DNA of 64,000 nucleotides, taken from contig NC_087245.1 in the NCBI RefSeq assembly GCF_037042905.1, positions 13,146,001 to 13,210,000 on the forward strand, read 5' to 3'. Below are positions 55,334-64,000 of this stretch, piece after piece. The stretch comes from Lytechinus pictus. Taxonomy: Eukaryota. The notes under the pieces were generated by a model. That model had not been told where the DNA came from. It searched no databases and worked only from the letters and a program-made list of their open reading frames with translations. Position numbers and translations under genes: made by a program. Position 1 is the first letter of the stretch. The number at the start of each line of letters is the position of its first letter.

Positions 55334-56199
55334 AATGAGCAGTTTTAAATTGCTTAGATTAGCCTATATATGTTTGTATTTTTTTCTGTTTCTCATTGTT
55401 GTTTCACAAATATTTCAGCTTGGGTGGCATCAGGAAATGTCGATAGGGGCAGTGATGTAGCAACCAAATTTTCAAATCTAAATATGTCAAACTTTATTTC
55501 TTGCGCATTGTGCCAGTGAAATTAAAAAATACAAGAAATACACCGAATGAGAACGGTAATCATGGTAAGAAAAACAATGAAAAAAAAATGACATCAATAA
55601 ACATTTACAGGTTTTCTTTAAAGTTTTAAAGATTTAGAGTGAAATAATAACGAAAACCTTGATAAATACTTAAGGCTTATTTTTTTATTAGCTATGATAA
55701 CAAATATCTAACCTCTTCAAATGTTGTGAGATCTTGGAAGGAGGAAAATGTTCGTGATGAAATGAAGCCTATGATATAATGTCTTGGATTTAGCCATTAA
55801 ACAAATATATTTGATATTACATAAATCTTTCAAGTTGTTTTAAATTAAGGCAGGTAGATGTTTTTGTCAAGTTAGTATTAATTTCTTAATCATTTCTTAT
55901 GATAAACACGTAGGCTTGTATATTTCAAATCCGAAGTCCACCCCGATGATAACTTTATTTAAATACATATATAAAGTCAATCAGGCATAAACCTTGACAA
56001 ATTTTAATTAAAATCGGATGTAAAAGGAAAAGTTAATAAAATAACAAAGTTCCACTTATTTGAAAACATAAAAACGGTCACATGCACACCATGACTATTG
56101 GAGCCATGCAATAATGCAACCCACTAGTTTTAAAATCTTACTAGACTAGTAATATAAATTATTTCAATTTCAAAGATTTGGTAAAACAGTAATTCTTCA

Positions 56200-56355
56200 C
56201 AGGGGCCGCGGAACGGTTTTCAAAGTGGGGGGGGGGGGGGGCTGACCATGCAAAAAATCACAATCCTTTGGTAATTTTTACGTTTTTGTACACGGTTTTG
56301 GAAAAAAGTGGGGGCTGAAGCCCCCCCCCCCCCGCCCCCGCTTCCGCGGCCCCTG
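56200..56355. mobile_element. hAT-like poly-G MITE
   Basis: CAGGGGCCGCGGAA...TTCCGCGGCCCCTG; only CTTCA is duplicated on both sides. Confidence 0.75.
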
Positions 56356-56756
56356 CTTCACTAATTCACAATAAATTCTAATTTCTATTTTACAAGTTCC
56401 ATGCCGGAATCAATCCTACGTTTGCATTAGTTGAAAAAAAAAAATCAAATATCAATTACAATAATAGATAAAAAGTGATATTATTGGCTCCCTCATTTGC
56501 ATACTGCCAAGGGTTTGAAAATACGCGGAAATTATTTTACATCCGATTTTGATGAAATTGTCGGATGCTTGCTTGGATTGTCCAGTTTATTCAACTCAAC
56601 TTTTTTATAGGTGGGAGACTTGACCGTTCATCCTTTTTGTGAGGGCGCTGTTCATTTCTTGTCTATACAGTCATAAAGGTCACTTACAAACATCACACTG
56701 ATCTCCTGTCAGGTTGGAGATGATTTTTATTAATGAAGACGGTCACAGGCCCGCCC

Positions 56757-59615
56757 GCGAAATTATTTTTCCCACCGAGTTCTGGACCAACATATGAATA
56801 TTCATGACTTGCGTCTTCGGATTAAGAGTACGCATGGCCTCGACCAGTGATGGTCGTAAGCATTCACGTTCAGTTGCTCAGAATGAATATTAGCATCGTC
56901 AAATTACCGGTACTCTTACATAGTTACATATGCCTTATATCCAATTCTTAAACACTTTTCAAACTAGTTGCCATTAATGGCAAGACATGTGCTAGGCTAG
57001 GGCTCGCTTAGGCTTGCGCATTAACTTTACCTCAAATCTGGACCTGTCTAATGCCTAGTACTAATCAGTGTTGTAGTGCCTTGGCCTTGAACATTCAAGC
57101 CTTGGCCTTGGCCTTGAGGATTTTGAGCCTTGAAATTTCAAGGCATTTTCAAGGCATTTTCAAGGCATTTTGTATTATGTACTTTCATTTGTTTTACAAG
57201 TAATTATAAATGTTTCAGTTGTTTTTTTTTATATTTAATGACACTAATGGTCAATACTACCAGTCACCAGTAACATCAGCAGCAGCAGTAGTATGTGTAC
57301 TAGCAGTGTCATCAATTGTAATTGTCACCATTATCAAGAATTTTCAAACAAAGAATACATCAGTTATGAAAAATAGCATTATGTATTGGTAATGTGTTGT
57401 AATCATGACTAATGATGTTAATGACAGTAAATAATAATGATCAAGATCAAGATAATAGTGCTTTGATGACAAGAATAAATTTGACATCTGACTGCAATTT
57501 TGACAACAATATTCATACTTTAAACATAGCTAACTCTAACGCACGATAACAAGGTTGATTTCTATTCCATTAGGATTTTCCTTGTATTATTTTCTTTGGC
57601 CAACAAGAATGAAAAGATTTGGTAAACTTGAACACAGTCTTCAATTTTGTCATATCCAAATGCGTTATGTCAATGGCATGATGAGCCAGAAACTTTGAGG
57701 GGCCAAGCATGGCATATATATATATATAGAGCAACATTTCTGTCAAAAAAAAGAAGAAAGCGATTGAAGCGAGCGAGTGAACAAAATTTGTCCCCCTCTT
57801 TCTATAGGAAAAGCTAATTTTGCGATAGATTGTTTAAAAAATAATATCACATTTACTCTATCTTTTCATTTCCCTTCCCCCTTATCTAAGTGTATTCTTG
57901 GTGGTGGAACTTCTTCTTCTCTCTATCTCTTTTCTAAATTGTATATTTGTTTTGGGTCAGATTGACAAAACAAAGGGGGAAAATGTTTACTTCTTTTTAA
58001 TCATATATCGTTCAACAGTGAATTTAATTTCTCTACAGTTTCAAGGAAATAAACAACGTATTTGTTTTTGTGTCAATATGGTTTCAAGAAATAATGATTA
58101 ATAAAAAAAAAGTAATTGAATAATTAATTATTATTAATATTATCAACAAGTATTAATGATGGCAAGACATGTCCTAGGCCGCATACATTCGTAATTCCGA
58201 AGCTTCGTTATTCCGAAGGTTCGGATATTCCGAAGGTTCGTTATTCCGAAGGTTCGTATTTCCGAAGGTTCGTAATTCCGAAGGTTCGTTAGTCCGAAAA
58301 AGAAATGAGGTTCGTAATTCCGAAGGTTCCTTAGTCCGAAAACGAAGTGAGGTTCGTAATTCCGAAGGTTCGTTAATCCGAAAACGAAATGAGATTCGTA
58401 ATTCCGAAGGTTTGTTAGTCCGAAAACGAAATGATTAACGAACCTTATTTCGTTCCACCACCAAGAATACACTTAGATAAGGGGGAAGGGAAAGGAAAAG
58501 ATGGAGTAAATGTGATATTATTTTTTAAACAATCTATCGCAAAATTAGCTTTTCCTATAGAAAGAGGGGGACAAATTTTGTTCACTCGCTCGCTTCAATC
58601 GCTTTCTTCTTTTTTTTTTGACAGAAATTTTGCTCTATATGCCATGCTTGGCCCCTCAAAGTTTCTGGCTCATCATGCCATTGACATAACCCATTTGGAT
58701 ATGACAAAATTGAAGACTGTGTTCAAGTTTACCAAATCTTTTCAGAATATCATGAAGACTTAAAACATTCTTGTTGGCCAAAGAAAATAATACAAGGAAA
58801 ATCCTAATGGAATAGAAATCAACCTTGTTATCGTGCTTTAGAGTTAGCTATGTTTAAAGTACGAAAATTGTTGTCAAAATTGCAGTCAGATGTCAAATTT
58901 ATTCTTGTCATCAAAGCACCATTATCTTACTCTTGATCATTATTATTTACTGTCATTATCATCATTAGTCATGATTACAACACATTACCAATACATAATG
59001 CTAATTTTCATAACTGATGTATTCTTTGTTTGAAAATTCTTGATAATGGTGACAATTACAATCGATGACACTGCTAGTACCCTTACTACTGCTGCTGCTG
59101 CTGATGTTACTGGTGACTGGTAGTATTGACCATTATAGTGTCATTAAATATAAAAAAAACAACTGAAACATTTATAATTACTTATAAAACAAATGAAAGT
59201 ACATAATACAAAATGCCTTGAAAATGCCTTGAAATTTCATGGCTCAAAATCCTCAAGGCCAAGGCCAAGACTTGAATGTTCAAGGCCAAGGCACTGCAAC
59301 ACTGATTAGTACTAGGCATTAGACAGGTCCAGATTTGAGGTAAAGTTAATGCGCTAGCCTAAGCGAGCCCTAGCCTAGCACATGTCTTGCCATTAATGGC
59401 AGCTAGTTTGAAAAGTGTTTAAGAATTGGATATATATAAGGCATATGTAACTATGTAAGAGTACCGGTAATTTGACGATGCTAATATTCATTCTGAGCAA
59501 CTGAACGTGAATGCTTACGACCATCACTGGTCGAGGCCATGCGTACTCTTAATCCGAAGACGCAAGTCATGAATATTCATGTTGGTCCAGAACTCGGTGG
59601 GAAAAATAATTTCGC
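56757..59615. mobile_element. 2.86 kb foldback element with ~1.15 kb near-identical arms and a 9-bp TSD (Mutator-like)
   Basis: 56757-57910 is the reverse complement of 58452-59615; GGCCCGCCC flanks both ends (56748-56756, 59616-59624); 541-bp spacer. Confidence 0.85.
58188..58441. repeat. Minisatellite of ~15-bp units (TTCGTAATTCCGAAGG) grouped into 42-bp units
   Basis: GGTTCGTAATTCCGAAGGTTCGTTAGTCCGAAAACGAAATGA occurs about four times after shorter units. Confidence 0.9.
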
Positions 59616-61129
59616 GGCCCGCCCGCCCCCCAAAAAAAGTTTGTTTTCTTTCCTTATTTGTTTGTTTTAATTATAATTTAATGATTAGAAGCTTAGTACA
59701 AATGACATTGTTTTCTTCAAGATAATTATGTCTCTCTGTATCTCTGTTTTTTTTTAAAGTAACTATGATAATCTTGTGCACACCACTTCACCTTTACTTG
59801 TATAGCCAAATTTAGCAGAATATTCGTAATTTTTAATCTCTCGAATGATGTCATATGAATTTCTCAAATAAAGGCATCTTTCTATCATAAACAATAATCT
59901 CATTTCGCTGCAAAACTTTATTTTCAAGTAAAATTCCCGGGTAAAATTGATGTAAATCCCACTCAATACGACCCATGAATAGCATGAACGCAAAAAATAC
60001 TAAGATAATTCTCAAAATACAATCCTTTATGAATATTGTAATTCATTTGCATTTTGGTTAAATTTTTTCAGTAAAAACATAAATATGGGTAATTAAAAAA
60101 GTAGTCGAGAAAATTAAGGGGAATTCAAAGGCTAGGAAGTTTCACGGAAGGAGCGGTTTCAGCTGGATATTCAAACTTCTTTTTGATTGGATATATTTTT
60201 ATATTAGTAGAAATTGTGAAAATAGATGATAATAATAATAATAATAATGCTCAATTCTTGTATAGCGCATCACACATAGCATAGCATGTCCCTATGCGCT
60301 TAAAGAAGGAATAGTGTAAGTGGAATGATCACTTGCGTGACCTTGCAGGCTTACACTTTTTTTTTGTAGATTTCTCTTTTTGAATAATATATATACCCGG
60401 CTACTTTTTTTTTTTTTACATGTATATGCCCTATTCTCAAGGAGAAAATAATATTCCAGTATCTTGTCAGCTTGTTTTTTTTAAAAGAAGAGAAAGTAAA
60501 ATTAATGTAAACTAAAAGTAATATCGAGTTAAAAATGAAGAATAATAATATTATTACCTACCAATAAACTCTGCGTCCTTTACTGCGGTAATTGTAAATG
60601 GAAAATCGGATATTTAGAGACTCTTCCCAGCTCTTTTCATTGAATAAGTACATAGCAAAATCTTTATATAACATATTGTATGTTATGTGGACAAGATGTA
60701 AAAAAAATGAATGTATGTAAAGGAGTTATGTAACATAATTTGATTCGTTATTGTTTTGTCTATATTATGAAATAAAGGTTCTTTTTTATTCTCTGGAATA
60801 AAAAGGAAATAAAGAAAGAAAAAAAATATTTTAAGTACACTGACTCTCTTTTGAAACGGTATTTCATTCCAAAATAGAGGAACAAATAGCACATCGCCAT
60901 GATCATGGGGGGGGGGCGGTTTTGAAGGGAATGCGTACATACTGAACTTTAAAACAATATTTTTTTCTATTGAAAATTGACTCTGGTAAAAGTAATTTCC
61001 TGTGTTTTCATAGATTTTATCGAGCCATCTTAAAAAAAAGGGATCTATGAACTTTTTCGAAAACTTTTCGAAATACATGTATTTTTCGCAAACTACATCT
61101 CTATATGATTTTTCGAGAACTTTTCAAGA

Positions 61130-61335
61130 AAAGGGCGCGGCGTGCCCATTTGGACGCTTGAGGGCGGGCTATACATATACGTAATTTATTTTACTGCAAT
61201 TGATCCACAAGTACAACAAACCCTAGAAAAAATAAGTTCAAACTCTACCCTACCACTAGTAGAGAATTGCTGACGAGAATTCTCTGTCAAGAAAGCGAAG
61301 CTTTTGAACCATCTCTCACCCTCTAACTGGTAAGC
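61130..61335 (+). promoter_or_regulatory. Putative TMBIM6 promoter and non-coding first exon ending at 61329
   Basis: Local CpG/GC patch with GGGCGG and a donor CTG|GTAAGC at 61330. The ATG exon begins with an acceptor 7 nt upstream of the ATG, so an upstream exon is needed. Confidence 0.5.
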
Positions 61336-61706
61336 AAAGTAACGCGTAGATATTTGCTGGAAAGTGGTAATTTGTGATGAGTTACATGTAGCTGTAGATC
61401 TAATTTAGTTCAAACTTACACTGTGCAGAGCAGTTCTGAGACTTAGTTCTGTGTGTGCGATTTTCATGCACTTATGTTGCATAGGGAATGTCACGCTTCC
61501 GTGAAAAAGCATTTGAATTGCACATTAACTAAATCGCCCAGTAGATTTGTCTTGTGACTGGTCTGGATAGTGTAAAACTTAAAGATTCATTCATTGAATG
61601 CACAAATTTAGTGTAGATCTAGGCTTTGGCAAAATCGTGATATGGGCCCCGCTCGAGAAAAACTGGTAAAACTTTGGCTTTGCCACTGTGTTACTGTACA
61701 GTTAGT

Positions 61707-62097
61707 GTAGAATAGGGTCGCAATATCACTTTAAATAAAGCCTTAAAGGGAAAAAATAAATTATGCACTTGCCTCGATTATCTCATCTGGATGAAGGTCT
61801 ATCGTGACACAGAATCCTGACATCGAGGCACAAACGTGCAAACTGGACCCTCAAAAAAAGGAAAAGTTAGACCTCCATGTCGCGTTCGTTCTCGGCATAG
61901 ATCAGCCATTTTGTTTTCAATTTTTAAAACAAAGGAGAACGAACGAGACAGAACTTTTCCTTTTTTTGAGGGTCCAGTTTGTGCCTCGATGTCAGGATTC
62001 TGTGTCACGATAGACCTTCATCCATATAATCGAGGTAGGCCTAAGTGCATAATATTTTTCCCCTTTCTTTTGGGGTGCTATTGCGACCCCATTCTAC
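61707..62097. repeat. ~390-bp inverted repeat (foldback/MITE-like)
   Basis: Perfect 48-bp stem 61788-61835/61977-62024 plus further paired blocks inside and outside it. Confidence 0.88.
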
Positions 62098-62255
62098 CCC
62101 TGCCTAATATTACACGGACGAGTCCTAGGCTTCGGCCCGTGAAGTGTTACACGGAGCTGAGCCTAGGCCCTAGTCTAGAGATACGCATGGGACTGTGCCT
62201 AGCGAGCTATCTAAACAAGATATTTTACATTGACTGGAACTACTGATTGTACTTC

Positions 62256-62565
62256 TAATAATAATAATAATTGGCATTTATATAGGCATTATAGCGCTTT
62301 ATCAATCTACGACTTTTCAAAGCGCTTCACAATTATTATTACCCGGTCACTGGATTTATAGCATTCCAAGCAGCCTGTTAGGCGCAAATTTGTTAAACCA
62401 ACCACAATGACGGTTGTTTCCTACCGGTACCCAATTAGCACCTGGGTGAGAGTGGCAAAGTGTGGATTGACGCCTTGCCAAAGGGCGCTAGGCCATGGTG
62501 GGATTCGAACACACGACCCTCTGATTACAAGGGGAGAGTCGGAACCGCTACACCACAGCGCTTCC
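62256..62565 (-). mobile_element. tRNA-derived SINE with (ATT)n tail
   Basis: On the - strand: A box TGGTGTAGCGG, B box GTTCGAATCCC, core CACTCTCACCCAGGTGCTAATTGGGTACCGG, (ATT)n tail. Confidence 0.88.
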
Positions 62566-63106
62566 ACGGCGCTAACAAAAATTTTATTGAATTACATAGA
62601 ATCTACCTTTGTATACCTAAGGCTAATGTGTATAAAGGTATGACCATTTCACAAAAAGAATAGAAAAATTAGAAGTTTCTTACCAGTAATCTATTCGTAA
62701 ACACTGCAAATACATTAGGCTTGACCCTTCTTTAACTGCTTCGATATGATGTACCGTATCGTCGATGAGCTATGTTAAGAAGTGCCATTTTGAAGAACTT
62801 TTTATAGATTAAAATTAGACCTATTATTTATTAAATAATAACATTGAATATTGATTGTAAATAATTATTATAAGAATAATAATTATTTACAATCAAAATT
62901 CAAATTTCATTATTTGTTGAATGATAATTTTTTATCTATAAAGTGTTTTTCAAAACGGTATTTCGTAAGCTCACAGTACAGGGATTGAGAGGTTGTGCAT
63001 GATTCCTCTTATCTGCATGTACACTGAAGCAATAACATGTACTAATAATTTAATCATATTATTCAACATATTGTGATAGAATTTCTTTTTACATTTCAGA
63101 TCAACA

Positions 63107-63168
63107 ATGGATTTTCTCAGTGGAAATCGTAAAATTGAATGGAATGCTCTGTTCCAGTTTTCACAGCT
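63107..63168 (+). CDS. TMBIM6: Bax inhibitor-1 (TMBIM6/TEGT) first coding exon
   Basis: Acceptor ATTTCAG ending at 63099, ACAATGG start, MDFLSGNRKIEWNALFQFSQ(L), donor CT|GTAAGT. Resembles the human BI-1 N-terminus as I recall it (MNIFDRKINFDALLKFSHI). Confidence 0.88.
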
Positions 63169-63687
63169 GTAAGTATGACAATGTAGATAGCCAAGCAGTG
63201 TTTCTATTTTATCTTCAATGTTTTCTTTTCCTGAATAGAACTTAAATATCTGAAAATATGCTTTACAGCACTAAGCTATGGAGTAAATTTTTAGGGGGGG
63301 TTGGTTGAATTTATAAAGTGCATTTTTATTTTGCAAATTTTTGAATGACTGAGCATGTAATTGGATGTGTTTCATGGAGTGCTATCTGTCCAATATTCTA
63401 TAAAGTAATTTTGCTCTCCACGATCTCCCTCAAGCTACTCATCCAATGAATCCTCCGCTCCTCCTACCCTCCCCGTTCGTTATTCCTGTTGGTCTATTAG
63501 ACACCTAAGAATCAAACTTGAATATCCTAATTCATATTCAATTTATAAACACCCCCCCAAAAAAAAATAAATCATAAATAAAAAATAGAAAAACTAATGA
63601 TAATAAAAAATGAAAAATTTAAAAAATGAATAAAAATAGGTAATGTATGGTTGACCTCATTCTCTATTTTTTTAAATATTTATCCAG

Positions 63688-63796
63688 GACAAAAGATTGT
63701 CAGTCTCACTTGAAGAGAGTCTACTCCTGTTTGGCAATGTGCATGATGGCTGCAGCTGTAGGAAGCTATGTCAACGCTGTGCTTCATATTCTTCAG
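63688..63796 (+). CDS. TMBIM6: Bax inhibitor-1 second coding exon (gene continues past the window)
   Basis: Acceptor TATCCAG; TKDCQSHLKRVYSCLAMCMMAAAVGSYVNAVLHILQ; donor CAG|GTAGTC; phases join. Matches the BI-1 motif [24 protein letters not shown]. Confidence 0.92.
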
Positions 63797-64000
63797 GTAG
63801 TCATATGTACATTATATAGTACCCTCAAGGGGGAACTCTTGCTGTGGAAAAGGGCAAATACCAGTTACCTGTGGTCTAATTAGCAAAATATCTGACATCA
63901 CAAGACCTGCTTCATCTACTCTCATTGTGTTTTCTTTATTGCTGTTTGGTCTAGTTGTTATTTTGTTAAATAATCAAGTGGTTCAGGATTCTCCTTTCCC

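Noticed and set aside
58188..58441. CRISPR-like regular repeats
   Set aside because: The units are tandem with no unique spacers, there are no cas genes, and the context is eukaryotic.
61049..61130. Heat-shock-element-like GAA/TTC repeats near the TMBIM6 promoter
   Set aside because: Spacing does not give three contiguous in-register nGAAn units.
61799..62013. Two opposite-strand ORFs both starting MTQNPDIEAQT
   Set aside because: An artefact of the DNA palindrome.

Overview
AT-rich, repeat-dense animal DNA, probably a sea urchin or other echinoderm (inferred from protein and repeat character, not verified). It holds a complete four-exon Wnt6 gene on the + strand (ATG 28633 to stop 53055, 352 aa; I rebuilt the splicing by hand and all phases join). 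Downstream is the 5' part of a Bax inhibitor-1/TMBIM6 gene (+, ATG 63107), which runs off the window. The rest is non-coding with many non-autonomous transposons identified by terminal inverted repeats (TIRs) and target-site duplications (TSDs). Notable structures: a Transib-like end with the RSS heptamer CACAGTG next to a CGTCG site (815); a ~3.6 kb (CTA)n array containing a LINE, a MITE and a SINE; a 4.7 kb foldback element in Wnt6 intron 1 with eight RFX X-box-like palindromes; a 2.86 kb foldback with a 9-bp TSD between the two genes; and a probable P-type excision footprint. I found no convincing new protein-coding system; nearly all other ORFs in the track are low-complexity or repeat artefacts.
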